DNA from: Phoronis australis
Lineage: Eukaryota; Animalia; Phoronida
DNA length: 64,000 nucleotides
Direction: 5' to 3'
Assembly (NCBI GenBank): GCA_002633005.1
Contig: NMRA01000006.1
Location: 1,136,442-1,200,441 of the forward strand
A model generated the notes under the pieces. The model worked only from the letters and a program-made list of their open reading frames with translations. It made no database searches and was not told the DNA's origin. The first letter of the stretch is position 1. The number at the start of each line of letters is the position of its first letter. Position numbers and translations under genes: made by a program. This document shows positions 38,201 to 52,300 of the stretch, in pieces.

Positions 38201-41200
38201 AATAAGCTGTTTATAGCTTTTTCGGATGGATGCAACTGTCACTGTGCCTCAGAGTTACAATTCTATTTGTTAACATTTGTCTCTGTATCTTTGGAGTTCC
38301 TGGGCAGATTCTCATGAAATTTTGTGAATAGGTCTCTATTAGGGAGACACTGGGGACTCTTCATTTTAGTGGCCATTTTTGATCTTTATTAACACCCCTG
38401 GAAGCATGTTTTTTGCGGTGCCATCATGGACACATTTCAATGTATCATGAATAACTTTAGCTTATTAAGTTGATCGCATAATTCGATAAACATCATTCTA
38501 AGTAAAAATTCTTGGTTATAGGATTGGACTTGGTCGATCATCGTCAGTGGAATCTATAGACTCCATCCAAGGTGACTTGGTAGACAAACTCAGTGGTAGT
38601 TTGACTAGTGTAGCTAGTGCTGGTCGGTCAAGAACACCAGTCAGCAGTGGCCGGTGAGTACCAGTGGTCATTATGTGGTCAAGAGTTATATTTGAGGGCT
38701 TGGGGCTTAAACCTAATTGAGCATTTGAGGTGTTTAGTAAGTCAGTTGTAGATGGTCATTAAGCCATGGCAGGTAATAACACGGAACTGATGACTATATT
38801 TCCAACCTGTTTGTGAGGTGAAATTACCTGAAATTACATGTCACTGAACGAGGGCATTGATGATGTGTATCTCTTATCTGCCCTCTTGATGGATTAGATG
38901 GCCTGGAGTAGGCCACTATACATCATGATCATTTGAGTTCAGGTAGTCAAAAGTGGTCCCCAATGCCACCCATTATTAAGTAACTGTACCTCCTCATACC
39001 TCCAGGTGGCAGCAGTGTGGTCACTACCATGTGATCAGTTCTAATTGCTTAACGATGTATAAGTTGTCTAAATTTTAATCAGTTTTAAGCAATGTTCTCT
39101 TGTTGGCAATCTCTTTAGAAGTCCTTGTTTGACTGCAAATAATGAGTGCACTGGGTATTAACTGATACAGCCCTTGAATACGCACTAGTCAATTAGAAGT
39201 TAAGTTTCACTTGAAAAGTTACAAGCATTTAACATTCTTAGTTTGGCAGTCGCCAATAAAAGCCAGATATGCTAGATAGTCGTTACCAGCCTTGTCCCCA
39301 AACCTCAAGATTGTGCTGTTAGTGATCAGTTTAAGCATTTGAGCCTTGGTGAGGAAATGTCCCTTCTGCGTGCTGATTGGCCCTAGGCATCTCTCGAGAT
39401 GTTCCATCGATTTCCGTAAACCTTAGTTAGAATCATGGCAAGTGAATTTGTCTTCACCAAGACTCAAATGGCTAAGCTAATCAGCGCCATCTTGAGACTT
39501 GGGCACAAGGCTGTAAGTGTTACCTTCTGTTGTGGTTCTTTTCTTACATGTTTTCTACACCAATCAGAACAAGTCTTTTTGTTAAACTGTCAAGTGTTTG
39601 ATAATGGGTATGATGCTGTAGGCCTAATGTATAATGTATTTTCTGTCGGAGTTAAAATTGTATTACCTTCACGTAGCATGTAATGAACATTTCAACTTTC
39701 GGCATATTTGTTTTTTTTTCTGATATCACTAGTCTAACACCAGTGACTAAACGCAGCAGTTCTGCCTCCGGCCGATCAAACACAGTTATGAAGAGAAGGT
39801 GACATATTGCATTGGCCATGGGAACGTGTCGTTACTTTTTGTTCACGTCTATTTTATTTTTTATGCACACAAATTATTTTGGTGCCAGTTTTCCTACTTC
39901 ATTGTAGTTATTAGTTAACGGTGGTCTTTTTGTGTCATTTTTTTTCAAACCAAGTTTGTGTATTTGTCAAAGTTTAAATTTATTTTCCGCACTCTGCTGC
40001 ATTGTATTATTTAGTGTTGCACGCTTTAGCAACCCAGGACCTGTTGAGTTTGTAACCAGTTGTAGCCAAAAGCTTTATACAATGTACATGTCCAATGTTC
40101 GTAATTCAGTTACCTTTAAGAGTTAAAATGTGGTAAGGTATGCGTTGTGCCATGTTTCACTGTCTTGTCATCGTTCATTACCATGTCTGTTCAACTGCCA
40201 ATTTCATTTTCACTACTATCATTGTTTCCCTTCTATGTTACTTATGTAATAGAAACTAAAGCAATATCTAATACTTTAACAATTAAGTATTATTTGAGTA
40301 CAGTTGCAGAATCTCATTTAAACAACAAGTATAAGCTAGTCTGAATTATGAGATTGCACTAGTTTCTTTGTATGGTAAACTCTCACCAATTTCAGACACA
40401 ATATGACCGATGCTTTCCCGTGTTCATGTTTTGCACCACAGCTGCTATCAGACAACATTTTGAAAAGTAATGGTTATTCATGTCAATGTTACAATCCCTT
40501 GAAAAGTGAAAACAGGCATTTTTGAAATTATTTTTGTTCGAAATTGGTGAGATATTACTGTAAATTTGAAAGACCTTGAAGAAGTTTGTAAAGTTTATAA
40601 TTCAGAGTTACGTACTGACAGCTGCATGTACAAATTATCAGAAGCACATTTTTTTCCACATAACCACTTTGCTATGTTTCTTAATCCTACTTAAAGGAGC
40701 ATGCCACCCAAAAAACAACCTAATTTGTATCAATTTAGATCGAGTAGTTCTACTCCATAACAACACGTACCGTTGCGTTACCTGACACCTGACGGCAGAC
40801 GGAGATGTTGAAATTATCCAATGACGTCATCGGTTTCACACGCAGTCTGTTCAGCACTGTATGTCACACCTGTAACAATAAAATTCCCCAATAACAAAAA
40901 AGAAGATATCTAATTCTCATTAAAAGTTTGTCCGCCCACAGTCAGATCTGAAGGTTGACCAATAGCATTGTGGTTATGCCTTGTGACAGTAAGTAGTTTT
41001 TACACAACTCAACAGTAGCTATAATTTACTGATAGAGGTTGTTTGTGTCACACTTAGACAACTGCTCATTACTAGAGACATTTCATACTAAGCACTTGTT
41101 GTTTGAAGAATGTCAGTAAAGTCGCACCAATACAGGATAATACGCCTGTCAGGTGAGTTTTGTTTCTCACTTTTTCATAAGTGATACATAGTGCTAAAAA

Positions 41201-43374
41201 GATGCTTTGTGATATTCAAGTTGTGTACCATGGCTACCAACAGATATTCTGAAAATTTGTGGACTGTCACACCAAATGCTAGAAACAGCCCTTGAAAAAT
41301 GAAAAAGTCCTGTTTTGACAATTATTTTTGTCTGAAATTGGTGAGATTTTACCTTTAGTTAGTGGATGTTCAGACTGGTTTACTTGTCTAATAGACATGA
41401 TACCACATTTGCCATAATATATTTTATTCTATATTGATTGCAGGTCAGTAAGCCATAAGCGAGCTGTTGCTAATGAGGACTTAAGACTGACTGAAGGAAT
41501 GAATGTGTTCTGCAGTGGAGAACTTGGTACCTTTAATTATATTTCTCAAGTGAAGTGTGAACTTATGAAATGTCAATGTTATGTTCAGTTGTTTTGTGAT
41601 TATTGTCTGAGTATACCTTGACTTTTCTTTCAATGTAGTGAGACCATTTGGTTTCGCAGTGGGTTAAATTTAAATGTCTCGTTAAATACAGGTGAGCATT
41701 ACCTTTTGAAGGCAATTTTGTTCAGTTTGGCATGTTTTACTTACTCAGAAATGTATTTGAATCTTTTTGTTGATTTTTATCCTTGAATAGGAAGTGTGAT
41801 GCTGTCAGCATGTTACACAGTGCAGACACTGAGTGTGACTGACTGAATCACTCGTGTTGAAATATGCCTAAAATGTGTCCACACACACATCACGCACACG
41901 CACCCACACGCACCCACACGCACACACACGCACACACACGCACACACACACACACTTTCATAATTATGTTGCTGTGTATTGTCATCATGTCCAGGCATCC
42001 AGTTTTCCATTCGATATCTCAAAACCCCTAGAGTCGGCGCAAGTTTGTTGGGCATCACTATTACAGTGCATTCCACTTTTTTATCTACCCCCTCCCCCCA
42101 GGCCAGTGGTTTTGGGGAAAAGCATTTCCCAATGTTATCTGGTTATCTGTAGAAGCGATGGACAGATTTCAATGAACCTCTGTATGGTATTTGGAGATCC
42201 AATTGTCGGATTTCGATGAAACTTGTCACAAAGGTATTTGATGACAATGCGCTGGAACCAGTTGATTTCCAGGCAAATTTAGTTACAGCGGTGCGCCTTG
42301 TTTGACTATCCACTTTTTATGAGAAGAGCATTTTCCAGATTTCTAGAGAACTGATGGACTTTAATTAAACTTTACAGAGATATATGACTGCAATTTGCCA
42401 CCACTTATCGATTTTCAGATGAATTCAACATCTGCAGAACCCTCTAGTCACTGTTTTGTCCTGGACGCAAGGTGCGTTTCACTATTTTTTTAGCAAAGGA
42501 TCATTTCTGGGTGTATGGAGAACCGATTGATGGATTTGACTCAGTGTTAGGTGACAGCAATGCTCCAGGATTAGTCATCTTTGGTCAGATTCGACCAGTC
42601 ATGCAGCGTTCCTTAGTAGCCATTTTGTTTGGTTACCTTGTTTTCTGGTTGATATCTCAAAAAACCAGGGTCGTATTTTGATTAACTTTAATACTAGGGT
42701 GTAGAGTATCAATAGGGCGGTGCATGTCAATTTTTTGTCATTTCTGAAAAAAGTCATGCAGCTACCTCATATTGTCAAATTGTTATGCACTGTCGGTGTA
42801 TATTAACGCTTTGCATTGCACTTGTACTATCTGTTTCTGGCGTCATTGCTTAAGTCAGGATATCACTGTGTAATGGGCTGGGCTGAAAGTTTTAGGGATC
42901 TTGGTTGTTAAGCATGGTTATGTGAACTGAAAAGCTTATTTTTATAGATATCAACTGAAAAGGCTTAAATACCTTTCATGGCAAGTAAAGCATGCCATAT
43001 TGATCAAAAGGACATTCAAAAAGTAACATGCCATTTTAGTATTGAAATAGAGTGAACACCACCTTTGACCAAATCCAAGAGATGTGCATAAAGATATGTA
43101 CAAAAGTCATAAAGCTTACAGCTGCTCACTGTTCTTTGCAGGGGTTGTACGATACATTGGCCAAGTTGACTTTGCCGGAGGAGTGTGGTTGGGTGTGGAA
43201 TTGCGCACACCCAAGGGCAAGAATGATGGGTCAGTGCAGGGGCGGAGATATTTCACGTGCAAGCCAGACCATGGTTTGATCGTACGTCCTATCAAGGTGA
43301 CCGTCCGTGGTATTAACGGGGCTAAACTGTTAGGGGACACAAGTCAGTATTTGAAAAAGGAAGAATCTGACTAA
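26279..43374 (+). CDS. CLIP4: CAP-Gly domain-containing linker protein 3/4 (ankyrin repeats + 3 CAP-Gly), about 641 aa, 13 coding exons
   Basis: Phase-consistent exons 26279-26450, 27518-27636, 27952-28207, 28684(or 28468)-28827, 29172-29371, 30562-30697, 31258-31386, 34140-34271, 35145-35268, 38522-38653, 39733-39798, 41444-41526 and 43142-43374. Motifs [32 protein letters not shown] and three GKNDG CAP-Gly motifs. Confidence 0.9.
28448..28722 (+). repeat. 54-bp x5 tandem duplication spanning the CLIP4 intron/exon junction
   Basis: Unit ttccatgcaaatgtttgcag|atgttgacagccgatgttcagaatttgacaatgg at 28448, 28502, 28556, 28610 and 28664. Confidence 0.95.
29383..29597. repeat. 12-bp minisatellite (tgtaaccctgaa), about 18 copies
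   Basis: Seen directly, starting just after the donor at 29372. Confidence 0.95.
29894..30468 (-). mobile_element. PIF/Harbinger-like MITE, copy 2
   Basis: Reverse complement of 15236-15813; TSD TGA (29891-29893, 30469-30471). Confidence 0.85.
32414..32803 (-). pseudogene. Intronless disrupted ORF of unknown family, antisense within a CLIP4 intron
   Basis: Reads [40 protein letters not shown]...[20 protein letters not shown] in a single frame with three stops; composition is coding-like. Confidence 0.5.
33113..33320. repeat. About 50-bp tandem repeat x4 (gactggcatctcatggggagtgtgttgcaaat...)
   Basis: Seen directly in the sequence. Confidence 0.85.
36245..36968. other. Assembly gap (N run)
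   Basis: Run of n characters. Confidence 1.
37830..38137. repeat. GC-rich 51-bp array with six 34-bp palindromes
   Basis: gcggggccccctatattaatatagggggccccgc repeated, with spacer cgaaaggaggccggaga in either orientation. Confidence 0.95.
41810..42825 (+). mobile_element. Helentron-associated (HINE/DINE-like) non-autonomous element with CA/CACG microsatellite
   Basis: Microsatellite at 41880-41955 near the 5' end and a 3' end reading ...gcattgcacttgt. Family assignment is inferred. Confidence 0.4.
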
Positions 43375-44435
43375 GCAGCTGATGATACGAAAAAGCAATC
43401 CAGTCATGTCAGGCCGAGACAACAATGGAAAATTGATGTCACTCGTTTTCAGTATGTCGCTACAGTTTTGCACACTTGTGGAAGACAATTTGTCAGCATG
43501 AGTATCAGCTGACTGAGTTCATGAAGTCACATACAGCTGCAGTAACTTGGCCAAGTAGTCTTTCAACTTCAAATTAGAGTTAATTGTCGTGTTTGCAGTA
43601 GCCAAGCAACACAGTCTCAAAAGCAATCTATGAGGCTCTTTCGGTATTAAGTGTGGAACTAGGAATTTATGATATTAAAAATCTCTCGGAGGTTTTTGAA
43701 AGGCATGATATTTGTGGCTTTTAAGTATCTGCCAATTGCTGTTTGCAAAAGAATACTTGAATGTTCTTTCAAGCAGTGTGCGGTGGTCATTGATATATGT
43801 GCTGACTTCACATTATCATATTTCATTTCATGAAAAGTTTCTTAAAGTCAAGTCACAAATTTTGTCTTAAAGCTCCCACTTGGCTATTACTCGATAACAT
43901 TCAGTACAATCATTAGCACATCACATTATAGTAATAAGTTATTCAAATTATCATAATTAGTAGTTAGCAATTATGGGTGTATTCTATGAAACTTTTAACT
44001 TTGCAGAAGTGAGGTTACATTATTGTGTGCAAGATGGACGGCAACAGTCGGATATAATGTGTCCACATTTTTAGATCCTGTTTCATTGATGCCCATTATT
44101 CAGTGGAGAAAACTGGTTCTCAAAATGCAGGCATGTTATATCTGATGGACTTGAGGCCCAAGTCACTTTTAATGAAACAGAATCCACAATGCTTTTGAAG
44201 GTCCAAGTGCATCCTCATTCACCATTGGTTGTGATGAACTTGGCATAGACTTTATTATATAATAGTGTTAATGTTTAATACTTGATGTGGGGTCATTTTT
44301 ATCAATTTTGTATTATTGTTATGTTGATTACTATTCCATGGCAGGTTTTTACTGTGGGTTTGTTTAGAAGTGTTATTTTTACACGATTGATTGCAGAATC
44401 TCTACCTAAGTTGTTAATTTGTTTTTGTTACTTGG

Positions 44436-44441
44436 AATAAA
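44436..44441 (+). terminator. Candidate CLIP4 polyadenylation signal AATAAA
   Basis: About 1.06 kb after the stop, followed by T-rich sequence. Confidence 0.35.
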
Positions 44442-47400
44442 CCGTCCAGAACTAGTTTTTTTTAGAAAATGTTACTTATTTCAGAACTGTTCTACAGGTT
44501 AAAATGTATTTCAAAACTTTAATCAAGTTGTAAAAGCATTTACTGAATGGGATGTTGAATTTCTTCGCATATAACTTTTCACCCTCTATATTGCAACATG
44601 TTATGGCTTGCTTGCTTGTGAAATTTCTTGAAAGTCGTCGTGGATTTTGTAGACTTTTAGGATGAATCCGTACGGTAGTTTCTTCAAAGTAGAACACAAT
44701 ATGGCGGACAGTAAAATTTTATCAAAATTTTCAATAAGAGTAAGCAAGAAGACAATTTTACTTGTCTTACTTCAAAAATTTATGTAGTACTTAAATGTCA
44801 TCAATTGAACTTTAAATACTTTTGACAATACAGCAAGCATTTTAAAAGTGAAGTGACCCATATGTTTGTTCAAATTTGAGTAAACTTTGCGGTACAAAAC
44901 GTGTCAGAAATTCAATTTAATATTTTTCATTGTAATTCATTTCCCCCATTGAAGGCATTATAACAGTGGATAGCTAAATAATAAAATTGGTGTTCTGTAT
45001 TTATTTATGCAACACATAATTCCTTTTCATTTCACACAGGCAGACAAATTTCGCGATGACTCACAACCATATAATAAACATTAGTATTATTAGCAGTAGT
45101 GAGTGATGTGCGTGATGATCGAGGAAAGGTAAACTCAAGTGCCTGTGGCATTTCAAATAAATTAGTGTTGTAAGGCCATTCATTAACCATCACTGTAAAA
45201 ATTACACTGGCTGCGGTCTCGTGTCATTTCTAAACAAAACAGTTCTGTTTGGTTTTAAAGATAATGTCAAGGGCCTCCAAAATTGTGGAGGTGTTTTCAC
45301 AAGGAAAGATTCAGCAATAACTTACACAACTGCCATCTGGTGGTTTTATAGTGATCTCATTTAATACATACGAAGTGTTTTACCAGAATGCCTACTGTAC
45401 GTAGTTGAACGGAGTTTACAACAAACTTGGTGTAGAAACTTTGCTGGATACTGGTTACAATATGTTTTAGAGTGGTTCTTGTACTAAGTGGGGCACTCTG
45501 ACAGTTCCGCCATGGAATAAACAAAACATGCTACTTGGTATGAGTAACTTTTACCACCAGTTTCCCTCGGATTGTGTGTGTGTGCCTTTTCCAAAAATTC
45601 CACAAGGGTTCACTTAGAGATTTTGAAAGGTGCTTTTTCCAACTATACAAATTATGGAAGGGATTTTATGTTTCGTGTATTTTGAAAACTTGTTTGAAAG
45701 ATTCTCATTTTTTACCAAATGGCATCTCGCTATTTCAGGTTATGGATTAAACAATTAGCGACCATAAATACCCAGAAAAGTGTTGGAATTGAACCCTCTC
45801 GAAATCGTAAATATCCCAACTGCCCCGCAGCACCCCCATCAATAATATAGTTGAGCACCCCCCAGATAAGTAATGCAATTAAGATCTAAGCCAGCCTCAA
45901 CATTTCAATCTGACGAGCACTATCCACATTACGAGGCCTATAGCCAGGATGGTGTAACAGGGAAAGCGTAACTCCGTTCACCGTTTCTACAGCTGGCTAC
46001 AGACCTGCTAATAATACCCAATCTGAATTGTGCTTGGATGATAGTGTTCATTAAAAGTCTTTGAATTGAATGAAATCTTTACTGCAAGTGCTACTGCTGT
46101 ATAACAATAATATAACAAGCACATTAACATACACAATTCAAAACAAAATTATGAAAACATGAATAAATAACGGGCCTTACACAGATAGCTTAAATAAAAT
46201 GATACTTTTTACATTAACTGACCCTGAAGACGTATTATGTACAACTACATAGCATTGACAACTCGCACACTGAGACACTAGCTCATGACTGAGTCACCTG
46301 CCATTCATAAAAAAACGGACAATGTTCCCTTAAAACAATCATTTTGCATCGACATAGCTACACCTGAAGCCTTGAATATCCGGTTATAATTTCTAAATAT
46401 GATGACACAGTTTGCTAATACATAAACTATGTATTGCTGCCCTCTCACCGATGAAGCTTTAAAGTAATCAAACATGCATGCCACTACAAATGGACAACTT
46501 TTGATTTAGAACACTAACAGTTGGGGTATTGGTTTTGAACTGTTCGTTTGTTAAGTTACGAATAATGCTGAGAAGTGGTTCATTTTGGGCTCGGAGGGGG
46601 TAACTAGTCCGAATAGCGGACCATTTTACATCAGGGGTATCCTTCGCATAAAATAGGTCTTCTGAAGTATGGACATGCAAGGTCAGGGAAAGCATTTTTT
46701 GTGAACCCTGCTCTTAATCATACAACTGTTGGACTGTGTAACTAAGCACACAACTGTCCAGCTGGACTGTGTAATTAACAAAGCTTAAGGGGTTTATGGT
46801 CGTGCGTGATAAGATAATTGTTTAATTACTCTTATGGATTCCTATCAGCCAAGCCAGGAATGGTTTCAGGGCAGTTTCTTATTTCTTGAGATCATACTTG
46901 GCACATACAATGACCCGCCATAAGCAAGCCAACTTGTGGAGGATAGTCTCAAGAAATAATAATCACGTTCTTTCTAAGGTCAGAAATCCCCTCTAACTTG
47001 ACTAATGGACAATTTGAGACAAATTCCATAATGACAAGACTAAATCAAAAGTTAATTTTTGTGATAGAAGGCAAGTTACAGCCACTCAAAAGCACTTTTC
47101 ATATCATGTATGTATGAGAATAAGGAATGCAATCGTCAAAAGTACACCATAATTTCTTTGTCATTGATGTTATTGGCTATAATTGATCTCATAATATGTA
47201 CCAGGATTTCTCATAGACAAGCCCATGGGTGTGTATTCAGCAAATGAAAATTTTCAGGCGTTTTAGTAATACTACAGGCATTTATTCGTAAAAGGAAGCG
47301 TGTAAACGGAAAGTCATACTTTAATCAAACAAACGCCAGCATGAAGTGCAATATGTATTTTTGTAAGTGAAACAACCCTTCTGAGTTCGCCAACACTTTG

Positions 47401-49366
47401 TTCGTTTTTATTAATGATGAATTCTCCACAATACTGAATTTGTGACTAAAAGTTGACACTAAGTAGACTTTTAAGAGGAAATTTTCCAAATAAACGCCCC
47501 ACTATCTAGACACTTGACGCCAGAAGTTGTAATTTTCCGAAAAAGCGCGTGGGCTTATCTATGGAAAATCCCAGTACTGCTCTATGTATTGATTTTATCT
47601 TGACTACATGAGAAGACAGGGCCATGTCATATACATGTATACTCAACAACATCATTGATTTGTACGACTGACAAAAACAAACCAATTAACGTCAAAAGTA
47701 TTCTGGAAACAACGATACAGTAAAAATTCTGGGACACAGTAAAATGTAAAAAACAACCCGACATGGAGATAACTAAACCAGAATTAGGCGAGGCTAAGAA
47801 TGTATTACATCATCTCGGGTAAGATTGTTCACTCTATTCTGTTAAGTACATATAAACAGACCATCCACTGTGACAGTAGTGACACCTGGTTGAGTGGAGA
47901 TAAAGCTACAATAAACAACCAACAGGAGCACCCCCACATGATTACCATGTTCTCCGAATAGGCGACACCAGTATTCAAGTCAATGCAATATTTTAAAAAC
48001 TTACTGCTACTCAGAAAAAGTGCACTTAATGAATCAATTCATGAAGTTGGGTCAATGTTAACTAACATCAAAGTAATTGCCTAGTGATGGCAAGTCCAGT
48101 GCATAGTTGCACTGCAGTGTTAAACTAAGGTATGTTATTATATACAAAGAGTGGAAAACATGTTTGGAAACCAACTCATAGCTGACTCCACTTGTTTACT
48201 GCAAACTTGCAATGCAATTTTAATTTTAGCTAAACAGGCGATTTAAGCGTTCCCACTGAAAGGTTCTCACATAATTTGAGTCCATTTAACAAAAGTGTGT
48301 AACACTGTGACAATGCAGTTAACCAAGACCACTACGTCTTTTGAACAGCCCACAATCAGCATTTCTCTTGCCACAAGATGTCTCACAGCACATTTATCCA
48401 TAACAAGTGTCCAGTTAGGACTAAAAGTGAAGAAACACTAGGTGTCACCAGTGTACACATTAAAGTAATCAGACTAAATGACCCGTTATTCCCTGTCATT
48501 GCGACTCAGCATGGTACTGAGTCCGTTTTTTTTTGGCTTGTACATTAGGCAAATCTTACGCTAACAGGATTGTCGCGGAAGTGGGCAAGAAAACCTGCAC
48601 CATTTACCACAGAATATCCAGCGAAGTCCTCGGCACATCAAATGCTTGATGGCACTGTCACGGATTGAAGTGAGCTAGTCACTACTCATGGGCTTGACTG
48701 AACATGCTGGATGAGATAATTGCAGTCACACACCAACACGCTTGTTAGCGTACGAGTTTGAAAGTAAAAAAAAAACACTAAGTAAGGCAAACAACCAACA
48801 TGATGGTTTTTAAAATTGAAAAGTAAATAGTAGCCGTCTTTGAATTTTTAAATTCGATAAGAGATATTAGTGACTAGTTTTTCTTCAGAATCGCAGCTAA
48901 GCCAGGAGCACTAATTTGTGAATCGATTAGGCTGGGTAAGTCACTGTCTGACTCGGGATCCCTAAGGCATTGGGTTAACATAACCACAAATGTTAGCATA
49001 GGATTTGTCTCATGACTGAATGCGTACATTTTTACAAAGAATTAAATATAGCAGGAATATACAAACAACAAATGAAACATTGATGGCAGAAGGGATACCT
49101 GAAAGTGACATCAGCTCAGCAAAGCCATGCAGCAAACAGGAATCCCTTATAATTTTACTATCTTTCAGTACTTTCTTGATAACTTGAGCCACAGTCATCA
49201 GCCTCCTTTAATAATATCACACAATACCGCTGCAGCATCACACCAATCAACTGCCACATAACACAGTACAAGCTACAAGCACTTGTAAAGGCAGTTGGGA
49301 TAAGTGTGAGGCTGTGTGCATTGCGGACTGGTCGGGTAGTAACAGGCACACGATAACCGTTGGGCA

Positions 49367-52300
49367 TTACCACGATGTGTAATCAAAAGAGTCCTCTCGA
49401 GAAAACACGAAAAAGTACGCCAGAATGGTGAGAAACACCACAGTGTTCCCACTTAACACTAAAGCACATGCTTGCCACTGGATCTGTAAAGGAAACCAAT
49501 TCAGATCACAACTGTGTACTACATGAAACCCTGTTTTAGCCAATTAGCGGCATATTTACGATGGCTTCCATCACAAAAAACTTTTGATTTAGACCACTTA
49601 AATTATTAAATCAATCTCAAATTGTTCCTTAGTCAAAATAGATGTGATTTATTCGATACCAGACTCAACAAGTTGATTTGTCACAGCGTGTCAATTTTAG
49701 TTTATTTACCAACCATATTAATGAACTGTCAGTTGTTTGCAAGACCATCATCTCGGTAAGATACGACTTGAGATCAATGTTATAGCATTAAGTGGTCGAA
49801 ATCAAAAGTTATTTTCTTCGACAGAACAAGGGTTTATAGCCACTTAAACTCTCTGAATTCAAACAAAATACCTTGAAATTATTGCAAATATTTTTTAGTT
49901 ATAATTACCATCTCATTGCCAGTTTTCTATTTCCTTTGCTTTGCATTTACCTAGTTAGGACTGTCTTTGTCTTTAGAATGCCTTTAAAACCATAACCCGA
50001 GTGAAGCCGTCAAAATTTGAAGCACAAATGGATTGTCGAATGCTCAGATAATTTCAGGGGTGAGTGACTTTTAAAACATCATGAAATAGTTAAACTAATC
50101 TCTAGCAGTTTTTAGGGTTGGTCAACATTCGCTCAATGCAAAATGATGCAATTATGCGAGTTATCGGAGACAACTTTTACTGATTTCAATTCTCAGGCAA
50201 ATCTTTGCAGACAATTTTCGGCCTTCTTATTTTTGGCCTTCTTATTTCCGATGCTTCAAGCAGTTTTGAACATCAGATTCCTAATAAGTACATGGGTGTA
50301 TTTGAATGAAATATGATTTAACTTGTTTTATGGCCTCAGAACCGTGTATAAATTGTTTTTTATTTTCCTTCGAACCACCAGGATATCATCCATCAAAAAT
50401 AAAAACTTGAGACATTATTTGAAAAATGGACTTTGTTTGAGGGTAAATGAAAAACAAAATTTTTCATATAAATGGCAGTTGTGTGGATATTCACAAAAGC
50501 GCAGTTTTCAGACATGAAGTAAGACTTCTCAATAGCTCAGGATTCATATTTTCATCCATTGAAATTAAGTTGCTAAAAAGTTATTGGATGAAACGCGATA
50601 GAACCTGGTGATAGATGAACTATTACATTTAAGTGACTAGCACCACAATTATCAATCTCTGAATATAGCTGCATTCAATGACTTATTTTGTGTGAAGGTG
50701 ACGAGACAACTCGAGTCCGCACGATATCGCTATCCATTGCAGCAATGCAGCAAACAGAGCAGCTCCTACTTTCACTCACAATTAAACAGGACAATACATA
50801 GCTAACTCACCACAGAGTGGGATAATGGCGCATGTGCTAGCACTATGGGCAGGCCATACGCTGAAACAACAATGGCCGCTGTGAGGAAGAGACACGTCTC
50901 AACTAGGGCACTACTCGTTGTGTCCTCGGCATATCGGCGACAGATAAAGGTGGGTACAGGTGACAGGAAGTAAAAGATAAGCACAAACATGGGCCACCAG
51001 TTACTGTAACGAAAACATGCCAACCAATGACAGGATACAGACCAGACTGCAATGGTAAATCTCAATTTAAGACTAGAAATAAAGCATAAGCATACCCCTG
51101 AAGTTTCCTTTTCTAAGTTTTTCACAAAAGATATGTAGCACCAAGTTTAAGCTTTACCATGTTCAAACTCTGTACCATAGCTACCATCAGACAATGTTTT
51201 CAAAGACTAGGGGCAAACATGACCGTGTAAAAGGGCCTGGAAAAATGAAAAAGGCATTTTGGCAAGCTGCAACTATTTTTGCCTAAAACTTCTGAGATTT
51301 TGGCACTACATGAATGCAGTACGTGTAAAAATTAAGAGGACAAAATGACCTGGGAATCTACGTCTTAACAGTTAATTTATCTGTAATCTGTTTCTTAAAT
51401 TGCACATAGCACAAACATGTTTAGATCAGACATGGTAACAAATAAGTCATATCTTTGCGTTACTCATACTAAGCTATGAGGTGCATGTGTACTAGTTCAA
51501 GCATTCGGCCGTTCAAATCTGTTGAATTCCTTTCAATTAAATTGAATTTCTCAGCCCTGTTGGATCTGTAAGCAGTTTTAACTGTACTACAGTGATTCTA
51601 ATTAGAAAATATGAAAGTTACTTACAAGTACAGGGCACATCCTAGTACCAGAAAAGTTATACCAGTGGCAGCAGCAAAGGCCAGGAGTACAATGCTGCAA
51701 AACAATAAGAGAGTGACAGAGTTCAACAATAAGAGAGTGACAATTCAACTATAAGAAACTGACACAATTCAACAGTATGAATCATCAACAGCCTTCGAGT
51801 TTGTCACGAGTCATACAGCGTGCTTCTATTCACATTGAGTACCATGCATATCGCTAAGGTTATATGTGACCTGAAAAAAGTCCAAATTTGGATAACTTTG
51901 AATGATCATAACTCAGAAATGGTTGATTAGATTCAAACGAAACTTTCATATCTTGTAATTGATGCACTGTTTTTCAATATCTTGCTAATAGTTGTTTTTG
52001 AAATGATCCACCCTGGCACACGGGACTATCAAACATTGAGATTTTTATGATTTATATAAAAAAACAACAAAAATGAACATGATAGTCTAATTTTAGAAAT
52101 TGTAGTCACTGTCTTCGGGACTTCATTTTGAAAATTTACATGAAAGAAAAACTGGTCACGATGACGATTAGTAACACGCAGAGGTTTGGTGATGTCCGAA
52201 GCGATTTCTTTTATATTGGATGCAACTTTCTCCACTCAAATGCATGGACCTTTGTACTAAGAAAAATAAAAAAGATGAAACATAAAATAGAAACTTTATT

